Assembly (NCBI GenBank): GCA_054661495.1
Contig: BAAFSQ010000057.1
Coordinates: 17,567-49,566 of the forward strand
Direction of reading: 5' to 3'
Source: Zygophlyctis sp. KS116
Lineage: Eukaryota; Fungi; Chytridiomycota
DNA: 32,000 nucleotides
The first letter of the stretch is position 1. The number at the start of each line of letters is the position of its first letter. The notes under the pieces are model-generated. The model saw only the letters and a program-made list of their open reading frames with translations. It had not been told where the DNA came from and searched no databases. The position numbers and the translations under genes are program-made. Below are positions 21,176 to 32,000 of the stretch, piece after piece.

Positions 21176-22677
21176 ATGCTCAAACAAAGCCGACGGGCGT
21201 CCTCATTGACCACTGTGTCTGTGTCTAATCCAAAATTATCAGCATATCCCTTCACTTTAAACTTTTACTATGAGCCACCTCCATATGAATTGACGTTGGA
21301 TGAATTCGAGAGTTTTTCAATTGACCGTTTAAAAGTTCTCAAAGCCTTTGAAACGGCGAAATTGCGGAGTAAAAGGGACGATGAGGCATTTAAAGCCGTT
21401 GAAAATGTTGTAGTGGAATATCTTGAACTATCTAGGAATACAATAAAGGGAAAATCTACGCTAATGTACGACCAACGCCGGAAAGATCATATTTCTCATT
21501 TCTTGCTCCGTTTGGCATTCTGTAGGTCCGAAGAGCTTCGAAATTGGCTAGTTCGCTATGAATCTTTGCTCTTCAAGTTTAGATATATCAAAGAGGATCC
21601 CGTGGATCGGGAGGCATTTTTATCATCAGTGCATTTGGATGCAACTCCTATTGGATTTGATGGAATGTATCAAGAGTTTTATCCTGGTGATAAGAACGAA
21701 CCAGAAACTATCAGGTCAGGTCACAAAACTAGGCTAATAAATGATATAAGGAATGTTTACTCTATAGATTCTGAAATTGTAAAAAGTGCAATGTTTTACA
21801 AGGTTCCTTTTGAACAAGTGGTGGAGCTTGTCTCTAAAAAAGCGTGTTTGTTAAGAGATGGATGGGCCTATGTTCCTGAATCTGAAAGAATATTACTGGT
21901 TCTAAATGCATTCAAGAAAAGTTTGACGAATGGACTAGAAGAAACTGCCAGAGCTTTGCCTAGAATGGAAGATGATGATCGGTATTTTTTAGAAATTATA
22001 ATGATAGATTAACTCCTATCTTGAATACAATAGCTAAACAGCATGTTGGAAAAGAATATATTGTAGATGGAAAAACAGATATTATAACATATACAGAAGT
22101 GGATAATCTAGTTTCACATTTTCCTCCATGTATGCGTGCTTTGCATTATGCAATGAGACAAGAAGGTCATTTGAAACATTCTGGAAGACTCCAATATGGT
22201 CTATTTCTTAAAGGGATCGGATTACCAGTGGAAGAAGCTCTATTATTTTGGAGGAAAGCATTTCATAAAAAGACTGATGACGAGTTTCAAAAGGGTTATT
22301 CTTATAATGTTCGATATAATTACGGTATGGAAGGGAGTAGAAAAAACTATGCACCATATTCATGTGTAAAGATTATAACTCAAAATGCTCCTGGATCTGG
22401 TGATCATCACGGCTGTCCATTTAAGCACTATTCTCCAGAATCTTTGCGTGATACTCTCATTACTTATGGTGCTCAAGATTCTAGTGTCTCTGATATTATA
22501 AGAATTGCTCGGGAAGGTCATTTTCAAGTTGCTTGTACTAGATTCTTTGAAATAACTCGTAAAAATGGAATGGGAGACTCTCAGACGTCAGATCATGGTC
22601 TAGCAATGGATGTAATAGAACATCCTAATGCATGGTTTGATAAAAGTCTTAAAGGAGCGAAAGAAATCGCGGAATAA
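21176..22677 (+). CDS. PRI2: DNA primase large subunit
   Basis: LNFYYEPP, RRKDHISHFLLRLAFC, HFPPCM, HLKHSGRLQYGLFLKGIGL, PYSC, DHHGCPFKH, ACTRFFE, HPNAWF. Intron 21982-22007. Confidence 0.98.
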
Positions 22678-22697
22678 TTTGTCTTTTAAATAAAATA

Positions 22698-23707
22698 ATG
22701 TCAGACTCTGTAGCGGCTGCATTGGCTGGTGCTGGCGGTGGTATTACTTCCATGGCATTAACATATCCTTTGATAACAATGTCCACTCGCTCCCAAGTTT
22801 CTAAAACTGAGAGAGTGTCTCAATTGGCAACAGCAAAAAAGATTATAACAGAAGAAGGTGTCGGGGGACTTTACTCGTAATTGTCCATCCAAATTAAATT
22901 AAATAGGGGAGTCCATTCTGCATTGTTTGGAATTGCAGTGACTAATGCAGTCTATTACTATTGGTATGAGTATGTAAAATTGGTTTTAGAAGGACCAAGT
23001 CTGCCCAAACGTGTGTTATCAGTTGGAGAGAATATGTTGACCGGGGCTATTGCTGGAGCATTTACATCAGTCATTACTAATCCTATTTGGGTTATTAATA
23101 CACGTTTGATCGTAAAAAAGGATTCTTTAGATGATAAAAAAGGGGAAAAGACTCGAGAAATTGCTGTTAAACCAACATTTTCATCTGTTGCAAAGGTATA
23201 TAATTCATTCTAATTATAGAAAATATTCAATGAAGAGGGAATTGCTGGATTTTTTAAGGGATTAATTCCAGCTCTGGTCTTGGTCATTAATCCTGTGATT
23301 CAGTTTACAGTATTTGAAAGATTAAAGGTTGCACTCGAGAAGAAAATGCCATTGAATGGATTTCATTTCTTTATGCTCGGAGCGATTAGTAAATTGATTG
23401 CTACTGGATTGACTTATCCATACATGTAAAAATTGAAAAAATAATTTATAGTGTTGTCAAGTCTAGAATGCAGTTAAAAGATGGTCAAGATGAATCTTCG
23501 CGTTATTCATCAGCAGCTGACGGATTTAGAAAGATTATAAAGAATGAAGGAATTCAAGGATTATATAAAGGAATTGAATCAAAGGTATTTCAGAGTGTAT
23601 TGACTTCTGCATTCACTTTTGCACTAAAAGAAGAATTTTTCTCTTCGGCAACTTGGCTTCTTGTTCTTTTGAAACTCCGAGAAGAAAAACTCAAGGTTGC
23701 AGAATAA
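22698..23707 (+). CDS. PMP47: Peroxisomal SLC25 carrier (PMP47/PMP34, SLC25A17-like)
   Basis: LTYPLITMSTRSQV, NAVYYYWYE, TNPIWVINTR, LVLVINPVIQFTVFERLK, LYKGIESKVFQSVLTSAF. Three short introns. Confidence 0.92.
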
Positions 23708-23736
23708 TAATATTTTTCTGAATTTAATTAATGTTT

Positions 23737-24616
23737 TTATTTATAAAATTCAAAGGGTGTAGCTCCTACATCATTGGTCCCTAATTTTGACAATCCCCAT
23801 TGTTCTTGCAAAGTGGCAAGGATTGAATAGTGATTATAGGGAGTGTTATCGACAGTTCCTGGTATAATTCCTTTTCCTAGCAACAATGTATATACATGAT
23901 TATAAAGCCATCTATTACGAGCTCTTCTTTTCCAAAGTTTTGGATAGAAATCATCTTCATCAAAAGTAATCATAAACTGTTAAAATTAAGAATTTAAATA
24001 TTACCAATGTAGACTGCATACTTGAATGATTAGCCACTTTCCCCATAAAATTTTCCAGCCATCTACTAGCATAAGTGTAATTAGTATCATGACCATTATT
24101 ATCCATATCAGGAACAAACATTACAAAATTCGCAGTACGATTATGATACATGTCTGCCTCAAGTTCATCAGAGTTAACAATTTGTGAACATCGTGCCGGA
24201 TTTGTAGATATATTCACAAATGAAATGAATGGATTATGTTTCCGAACATAACGATTGTAAGTAGCACCAAGAAAACAATCTCCAGGATATCCTTCATGAT
24301 ATGTTTTCCAAGAAAGTCCCTTTTCCTCTAAAAGATCAACAATTGTAGGAGCATTCAAATCATGATATCCATCATTCCAAATCCCCATTGAAGATCCAGA
24401 AATCATTGCAATATAATTTGGCTGAGATGGATGAGCGACTGCCTGATAATTTCCCAATAGCATCCCCTGCGATAACAATTTGTCCCCCATATACCAATCA
24501 TTCAAGACATGATACAGTCTCTCATTTTCCAAAACAATCAGAAAGAGTTTTTCAAAAGCTGCATTCTCAATCGAAGCAGAAACTAGTCCAATCAAACACA
24601 AGATTCCCAAAAACAT
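23737..24616 (-). CDS. Secreted phosphoesterase family acid phosphatase
   Basis: Signal peptide; IVLENE, HPSQPNYIAMISG, YVRKHNPF, GHDT, ITFDE, YNHYSILAT. Intron 23977-24004. Confidence 0.93.
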
Positions 24617-24698
24617 TATTTCTTAGATTTGGAAATTTTCAAATTGACAAAAAAAACGTTTTCAATTATTCTTAAATTGTAATAGAATTATTCTAAAT

Positions 24699-25568
24699 TT
24701 ACGAAACTGCACTAGCCTTCCTCTTCAATCCCTTCATTTTTCTAGTTTCTAATTTTCCAAGATCCTGTTTTTCCATATGAATTCTACCATATTCATGACC
24801 CACAGCATCAAACTCGACATTCTTTTCCTTTTTAGGTTTAATTTCTTTTGGTACTCTTGTAGCCTGTTTCATGACCAAACCATCTGCAATTTTAACTTTT
24901 TTTAGACTAAAATCTAATCTAGGCCCAACTTCTTCTAATTCAACTCTTGGTAATTCATCATCTTTGAGCAATTTTATAGTATAAACTCTCATATAAATCT
25001 TATCTGAAATCGCTGTAAAAGAAATTGAATGTTCAATTCCATTTAAAGCCAAACTTTTAGCATGAGAAGGTCCTCTAAAAAGATCTTGCATAATTGATTT
25101 AAAAGTACTTAATTCCTGAGAAATTTCCCAAGATTCTCCTTGAAATGTAATAATTGGATAATGTCCTGTCGCTGCATTAATATTTTTAAACTGTTCCATG
25201 AGTTTAATTCCTTGAATTTCAACTTGAACCATATCTAATACTTGATGATCATACATTCTAGCAAAAGTCAATGCATGAGGTCTCTTTTTAGTAGAAGAAG
25301 AAATAGCAATAAACGATGCCTGAGTTCTTTCAGAGTAAAAGTCCAGAGGCCTAGGGTCTTCCCATGCATTGACATTATTCTTTTTAGAAAACATTATAGA
25401 GTTTGGTTTTTTTAAGAAGAAGAATTCTTTTAATGCAAAGTTTGAAATCTCTGATGCATTGGATGATTTCAAAAACAGACATGATTTGACATCTTCATAG
25501 ACTTGTGGTTCTCTACTGTCCAGAACTCTTTTTCCTGCAGCAGTTTTGGCCTTGACTTTTCTCAACAT
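24699..25568 (-). CDS. RPF2: Brix-domain ribosome biogenesis protein Rpf2
   Basis: REPQVYE, KKRPHALTFARMYDHQVLDM, PRVELEEVGPRLDF, GRIHMEKQDLGKLETRKMKGLK. Confidence 0.97.
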   Translation of the reverse strand: MLRKVKAKTAAGKRVLDSREPQVYEDVKSCLFLKSSNASEISNFALKEFFFLKKPNSIMFSKKNNVNAWEDPRPLDFYSERTQASFIAISSSTKKRPHALTFARMYDHQVLDMVQVEIQGIKLMEQFKNINAATGHYPIITFQGESWEISQELSTFKSIMQDLFRGPSHAKSLALNGIEHSISFTAISDKIYMRVYTIKLLKDDELPRVELEEVGPRLDFSLKKVKIADGLVMKQATRVPKEIKPKKEKNVEFDAVGHEYGRIHMEKQDLGKLETRKMKGLKRKASAVS

Positions 25569-25703
25569 TTCTTACAACCCAGACCTAGGACTTTTAGTTT
25601 TTCACTTTTTCATTGTTTGCCTAATGGACCGAAAAATTCTCATGTTGCAAGTTCACCTCTTTACAAATTTTTTTTTTTACTTCAAGTCTTTTAAAGAGTA
25701 AAA

Positions 25704-26162
25704 TCAAACACAATTTTTACAAACTTTCACATTGAGATATTCACTAGAGTCTTTTAATTCAAGTGTTAAAAGAGACATGCGATGCTCTGTAGTGCATTTT
25801 CCACACATGAGGTGTCCGCATTTTCTACAATGATGCTTTCTATTGAGAATTCCAAACTTTTCTTCACAAACTGAACACACTAAAGAGTCTGGAATCCAAT
25901 GTGAATTAAAAATTCTATCTACATTTTTGACTTTGAGAATTTTCTTTTCAGTCTCTAAAATTAGAGAGTCTAATTCAGATTTTAGAAGAGAATTTTGGCT
26001 TTTTAGGCTTGAATTCTCTTGATTTAATTCCAAATTTTCCAACTGGAAAGTTCCTAATTCAGATTGTATTTTATCGTGTTTTGATGATAGATTTTCATAG
26101 TCTAGAGTAGATTTTTTAAGTCTTGAACGAAGAGAATTGTTGCCAGAACCAGAAGTTAACAT
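25704..26162 (-). CDS. Coiled-coil plus FYVE zinc-finger protein
   Basis: WIPD, CSVC, RKHHCRKCG, CGKC, KVCKNC. Confidence 0.88.
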   Translation of the reverse strand: MLTSGSGNNSLRSRLKKSTLDYENLSSKHDKIQSELGTFQLENLELNQENSSLKSQNSLLKSELDSLILETEKKILKVKNVDRIFNSHWIPDSLVCSVCEEKFGILNRKHHCRKCGHLMCGKCTTEHRMSLLTLELKDSSEYLNVKVCKNCV

Positions 26163-26250
26163 TTTATAAAGAAAAACACGTCAAATTTGCGCGTTATGAA
26201 AATCCAGGAATGTCAGACTTTCTTCTATCTCTATTAAAATCTTGTAAAAA

Positions 26251-27316
26251 TTACACTGGAGGATAAGGATGACTTCTAAATGATTCACTCTTGCCTTTAG
26301 AAATAGATCCATTACCAGAATTCAAATTTTGATTAGATCCTTCTGGTCCTTGTTTAAAATTTTTAGTCCACTGATCTTTTTTTATGGGATTAATCTTGTT
26401 TTCACTAATATTTAGCAATAAAATTCTTACTCTTCAAATTCTAATAGACTTACGTCCATAGTCTCTAAATCAGCTGCAATTAAAAATGCATCTTCATCAA
26501 AGTTTGTAGTTTTTAGGTTATTACAAGACACTGAGCGTGAAAAACTCTTATCAACAGACAAGGATTCTGAAATAGAAATATTAGATTTTGAATTTTGTAT
26601 TAGTCCGACATTTGGGACATTTGGTGCTGGTTCTCTACTTTTCAAGTTTGTGATAGGTTTGGATGGTGCAAATCCTAATACAGACGTGGTTGACGTAGTT
26701 ACTATAGAATTGTTGATTGAACTTGATAATATAGGATTACTAGTTTTAGGAGCGAATGCTGCAGCAGCCTTTGTAGAATGATACAAATCCTCAACTTTTA
26801 GTTCCTGATCAGGAATCTGTGCAAGTTTTTGAATTTTCTTTAGATAATTCTTATCATACAAACAATTCCCAGTAGCATTTCCAAAAGCCTTTAAAGCTCT
26901 TTTAAGACCATCAGTGACCGCTTCTTTTTTAGCCTTTTCAAATGCAGCTCCTAATATTTAAAGATGATGGATAATACCTTTATTTTTAGCATTTTCTATT
27001 GATCCATATCCAATATCTTCATGAAACGTTCCATCGCGTAAAGTGACTCTAATAATTGCAGAAATTCCTAGAGATACTCTTCCTCCATCTACATCAACCT
27101 ATAATTAATTTTATTAGGTACATAATCTACAGTTATATCCATGACTGAATGATTCCATCCATTGTAACCAAATATTTCATTGGCTATTTGTATTGCTTTC
27201 CAACCTTCAATATAAGAAATAGTTGAGCCTCCAGGACCAGACCGCTTGACTACAAACTCTGATCCAAGTTTTTTTTCCAACACTTGAGCAATTTCCTGCT
27301 GTTGATTTAAAGACAT
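26251..27316 (-). CDS. RAD52: DNA repair and recombination protein Rad52
   Basis: ATG at 27316; [76 protein letters not shown]. Three short introns, the last at 26405-26430, ending ...RSHPYPPV*. Confidence 0.96.
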
Positions 27317-27387
27317 TTCAATTCGTCCGACTTTTTTATTAATTTGTGAATAGGACTCAAATCGTTTAGAAAACAATGCAAAACAGT

Positions 27388-27900
27388 CTATGTACAATCT
27401 ACACAAAATCGAATCGATTCTACAAAAACTGAACATTTGTTGCAAATTAAAAGTCCACAACTTCTACAATGATGTCTACGTGAAATCAAGGAAAAACTTT
27501 TACAACAAATCATGCATGCATTAGAATCGCAGTCTGGAATCCAATCCTTGATTGAAAATTGTAATGAAATTTGTGAATTTCTTTTACTAGAATTCCAATT
27601 TAAAAATGCAATTTGAATTAATTCATAATCTTGAGAGTAGTTTTTGTCTCGAAAACTCAAAAATACTTTCTGTAGAGAATTCAAGAGGAAAAGTCCATTT
27701 TCTTTGAGATCAACTTGAAAATTTCCATCAAAACTTAAGATTTGAATTTCTGAATTGGAAATAATTAGACAATCACTCAAAAGAAATACAGTGTTACCAG
27801 GACATGAAAAAGATGATAATTTTGTAATTTTAGACTTGAAAAGTTGTCGGTCTGTTAGATATTCCAACTGTGCAAGAAGATGAAGACGTTGAAATTCCAT
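27388..27900 (-). CDS. PH-like plus FYVE zinc-finger protein
   Basis: ATG at 27900; PH-like [10 protein letters not shown]; [28 protein letters not shown]. Confidence 0.85.
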   Translation of the reverse strand: MEFQRLHLLAQLEYLTDRQLFKSKITKLSSFSCPGNTVFLLSDCLIISNSEIQILSFDGNFQVDLKENGLFLLNSLQKVFLSFRDKNYSQDYELIQIAFLNWNSSKRNSQISLQFSIKDWIPDCDSNACMICCKSFSLISRRHHCRSCGLLICNKCSVFVESIRFCVDCT

Positions 27901-27917
27901 AACAGACCTACTCACAA

Positions 27918-28838
27918 TTACTGTTTTCGAAATTGATGGTATTCATACAGTCTTACTAGATTCCGTTCCAACATTGCAACAGTAACTTTTCCAACAGAGG
28001 GTACAAATAAAGATGCTTTCTGTAAAATATCATCTTCAAAGTTTTTAAAAGAAGAAAAATTAACAGCAATCACTCCTTCTTTTAATGATTTTGTAGAAAT
28101 CTTGTAATTTGAGCTAGGAACTCCACCAATAACAATATCAGACTTTGATAATGCACCATGTAAACTAATATCAGTTTCAAAAATTTCATGTTTTTTCATT
28201 TTTATCCCTTCTCCTCTATGAAATTCAAGAATTCCAAATTCATCCACAGAATAAACTTTTGCACCATCATTTGCTAATAATGCAGCTAAAGGTCTTCCAA
28301 CAACTTCTGATCTATTTATAACAGTGATAATACGACCATGAAGTCTATCACCATTAGGTAAAAGTAAATTATAAGCTCCAATTGCCTCTAATATTTTAAT
28401 TATTCCTAGTGGAGTACAAGGCAATAGACATTTAATCTTTTGATCAGAATCTAAATATCTAATATTATGATATAAATTGTAACGATAAGTATGAGACAAT
28501 CCTTCAACATCTTTAGTTACAGACACTGTATTTTGAAGATACTGATCTTGACTACCTCCAAAAACAGGATAATAAATCATTATTCCATCAACTTTATCAT
28601 CTTCATTAGCAATGGTAAGTTCATCTTCTAAATGAGTCCTTGAAACTTTTTTCAATTCAAAATTAATTCCAGTTTCTAAACAAGTTTTTGCAGTCCATTC
28701 AGCATATTTGGCCGCCGCAGGATCATCATTCGATAGAAATCCTACTAGCTTTGGCGATGATTTTAATCCAGAGATTTGCCGTTTAAGATCTAGTAGAAAT
28801 GGTTCAGAAATGGATGCTGCAGAGATGGTTTTTGGCAT
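27918..28838 (-). CDS. MTD1: NAD-dependent methylenetetrahydrofolate dehydrogenase
   Basis: [86 protein letters not shown] at 28838. Confidence 0.97.
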   Translation of the reverse strand: MPKTISAASISEPFLLDLKRQISGLKSSPKLVGFLSNDDPAAAKYAEWTAKTCLETGINFELKKVSRTHLEDELTIANEDDKVDGIMIYYPVFGGSQDQYLQNTVSVTKDVEGLSHTYRYNLYHNIRYLDSDQKIKCLLPCTPLGIIKILEAIGAYNLLLPNGDRLHGRIITVINRSEVVGRPLAALLANDGAKVYSVDEFGILEFHRGEGIKMKKHEIFETDISLHGALSKSDIVIGGVPSSNYKISTKSLKEGVIAVNFSSFKNFEDDILQKASLFVPSVGKVTVAMLERNLVRLYEYHQFRKQ

Positions 28839-28860
28839 TTTACCAAGTTTTCCAACAATC

Positions 28861-28899
28861 AAAATTTATAAACGCGAAAATTTATAAACGCTAAAATTT
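28861..28899. repeat. 16-bp tandem repeat containing ACGCGAAA in the MTD1/MMS19 bidirectional promoter
   Basis: AAAATTTATAAACGCG AAAATTTATAAACGCT AAAATTT. Confidence 0.85.
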
Positions 28900-28928
28900 G
28901 AAAGGGTTGTTGGCCACTGACAAAAGAC

Positions 28929-31900
28929 ATGGAATCAGATCTAAACTCCTCGGATCCTTACAAGAGAGCACAGGCGGTTCAAAATTTGTCAAATGTCATG
29001 ACACTAGACACTTTGGAAAAGGCAAATGCATATCTAGACTTCTTTTTACAGAGATTGAATGATCAGTTGAGTGTTGGCGGAGCTTTAAATGGAATTTTAA
29101 GAATTGTTCAAAAGGTTGAAATTTGGAATTTGGAAAAAATTGCTCAAACAATAGTACAAGAATTAAACTTTTCATCGCTGCCTCAAAGCGATCGCTTCAA
29201 GATTCTTCAAATATATTCATTTAGTCTATGCAGATCTAAAATTTCTAGGGACTATGTAGAGGGATTCTTGCATTTAGTTAATGGAGAAAAAGATCCTCGA
29301 TGTCTATTGTTGGCATTGAAAATAATCAAGGGGATTATGCAAAATTTTGATTGTAGAGGATTAGAAGAAGATATTTTTGATTGGACATTTGCTTATTTTC
29401 CAATTACTTTTAAAGAAACGGCCACGGATCCCTCTATTGTAACTCAAAGTGATCTTAGAAATGCGTTGAAAGATTGTATTACTGTAGACTTGGTAGGAAT
29501 GGGACAGTTTGTAATTCCATTTCTCATGGAAAAAATGGAATCTAGTCTTGGTCTTGCAAAGAGAGATGCAATGATATTTTTGGGATATGCAAGTCGAATT
29601 TATCATCAAGATCTCTTTAACAAGATTTTGCCGAAATTATGGGTTTGGTTAAAGGAAGAGGTAAGTCTAGAAACTTAATTGTAGATAATGAGGCCTGATA
29701 ATAAGGAAAATAGTTTGGTAGCTCTGGATACAATGCGAGATGTGCTAAGATCAATATCAGTAGTACAAGTGTATTCAAATATTCAAACCTTCAAACCGTG
29801 GGAAAATATAGTGGAGTTGATAATGATGGAAGTTATAGATAGTTTGGAAAATTCTGATCATAATTTGGTAATTTATACGGAAGAAATTTTTTTTAATTTG
29901 GCTACTGCTTCTAGTAAGTCAAAACCTATTAATGTGTAGAAATGGTTTATGATAAGATATTATCGGACAATGGAGAGAAATTACTAAATTTGTTTAATGA
30001 AGAAACTTCAACACCTAGAAAAGTTATTTTTGGTGTTTTTTTGTTTAATTTGGTAAAGGCTGCAAGGATTGTAAAACAAAATCTAAAAAACTCGGATAAT
30101 ATTTTACAAAAATTCAAAGATTTACTATTGGATTCTTTCATGCTTGGAACTGCGCTCTCTACAGATTATAGCCAACTGAGGTATTATTGTTTAGCGGGAT
30201 TATCAGAAATGCTTCTTGCAGAAGGTATTCTATCAAATGAAGAGGTAATATCTATATATTACTTATTTTAGATTAAAAATGCGATTATTCAGCTGAGAAT
30301 AATTATGCTCAAAGATTCTGACGATAAAAATAGGGCACTGGCACAAAAAACTTTGAGGGACGTTGGGTTTATTTTCCCTGAAAGCTTACTAGACAACTGC
30401 GCTGCTGTTGTTTTAGATATGATATCAGAAGGGGGAGATATTTGTCAAAATTCCTTTCTTTATACTGCATTCGTTACTATCTTAATTGAAGACTCACTTT
30501 TTACTACTGCATTATCTTTTCTGGCAAAGATGGTTGTTGGGGGTAGTAATTTTTTAACTAAGACATAGTATTTGAAAGTGGAAATGGACATTCTTTAGGA
30601 GGATTATTATATCTATCTTTAAAGCTTATTGAAAACAGAATTGAATATCAGCTTAATCGAGGAATTGACAATATTATTTATAAATGTTCAGATTTATTAT
30701 TGCTACCGCTCATTAATTCTGCATTTGAAGTCAAAGGCCGGTTGGTTAAAGAAGAAATGATGATTTTTGAATGTATCTCAGCAATTATAATGCGCAATTT
30801 AAACTCAAAGAAGCAGGTTGCCATCATAGATTCATATTTTTCTAATATTTCGCCGTTAATTTTCGATAGCTATCTACTTTTACCTTTGTTTGCGCTTCTT
30901 GGCAGCGCAAGACCAGAGATCGCAAATGAGATAGATTTTTCAAAAATTCTTATGAAGATTATAGACGCAAAGATTAGCTCAGATATTATAAAACGTTATT
31001 CTTGGAAATGTGCTGCATCAATAATCAATAAGTTCAAAATAGGTATTATTTTTAACATGTTTATTTTGCTAGATACTCAAAAGCTAGAGGTTTTCGTAAT
31101 TCAGCTGAAAGGTAAAATGAGCGACAACTATATATCCGTCATCGACCGCCAAGAAAGTGCTTTACTGTATGCTTGGATAACTAAGGCATTAATCCTCAAT
31201 CCAAGACTAAATCAAATTAATTGGATGGAAATGTTAATGGATATACTATATCTGCATAAAGATTTATATATTGCACACATAGCTCCAGAAGCGATAGATA
31301 TAATAATTTCAGAAGATCCACAGGGATACTTATCAAACAAAAGTTTCTGTAGCATAAATGTATGTTTATCGAACATTATTTACCAATAGGTCTTGTATAG
31401 ACAAAAAGTGTTTAATTATTGTCTACCAAAAATAAGCGAGGGATTTAGAAGCTCTTTGAAAGGTACTTTAATTTTCATCATTCATTTTCTAGATAATAAT
31501 CAGTTTTATCTCATTACAATATCTCATATGCTAAGAAGTATTCCAAAATCTATTTTGCTTACAGAGGCTCCAAAGGTAGTCCAAAAAATTTAACTAGTAG
31601 CTATTCCCTTTTATAATTCAATCAATCGATTCCGCAGATTCGCTGCTAACTTTTACGGCTTTGGATTTATTATTCAGCTTGATCGAAGATTCTCCAAAAC
31701 TTACACTCGAGCATATTTCGTCAATTCTGCCAATTTTGGCTAAAAAGATAATTTTCGACGGCGAATTGAATTCACTGGTGCTTAATTTAATTTTAATCAT
31801 ATAGCGCATCCGAATTTCAGCTTGCAAGTGTTTGTCTATCATCCCAGCATATATGGAATACTCGGCAATATACCCATACAAGGCTATTATTACGAAAAAA

Positions 31901-31978
31901 TTGGCTGTAGCTTGTGATGACCATAAACGGTTAGTAAGAAATATGGCTGCCAAAGCTAGAAATGTATGGCTGATTTGA
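28929..31978 (+). CDS. MMS19: CIA targeting complex subunit Mms19/Met18 (HEAT repeats)
   Basis: GEKDPRCLL, FAYFPITFK, IPFLMEK, LYRQKVF, and C-terminal DDHKRLVRNMAAKARNVW (TGA 31976-31978). About nine short introns. Confidence 0.94.
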
Positions 31979-32000
31979 TGATTAGAAAATATAAGATTAT

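Noticed and set aside
31618-31953. 111-aa minus-strand ORF
   Set aside because: Antisense to the last MMS19 exons.
689-31978. Fragmented ORFs as pseudogenes, frameshifts or an alternative genetic code
   Set aside because: Every break I examined is resolved by a short GT-AG intron, and TAA, TAG and TGA all act as normal stops.

Overview
A very compact, AT-rich eukaryotic region using the standard genetic code. It most likely comes from a zoosporic fungus (chytrid-type): fungal genes (SLA1, stand-alone URA5, MTD1) sit next to a flagellar gene (CFAP73/CCDC42) and ARL8. About 27 protein genes and one tRNA-His fill the window, with spacers often under 50 bp and GT-AG introns almost all 24-30 nt. 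Assignments are from motif recognition by eye; no searches were run. Main signals: (1) the unusually long intron of the IPA1/UBE3D (HECT_2) gene contains a complete box H/ACA RNA whose two pockets match the U2 snRNA branch-site region (U41 and U37, human numbering); (2) an intron-containing gene resembles phage Dam-type N6-adenine methyltransferases with a degenerate catalytic motif, and its 140-nt intron is structured; (3) co-oriented genes lie only 3-20 nt apart, suggesting polycistronic transcripts or promoters inside coding sequence; (4) a bacterial/plastid-type DASS transporter carries a dileucine sorting motif; (5) a TMEM16 lacks most Ca2+ ligands; (6) a 284-bp apparently exact tandem duplication spans two convergent gene ends.
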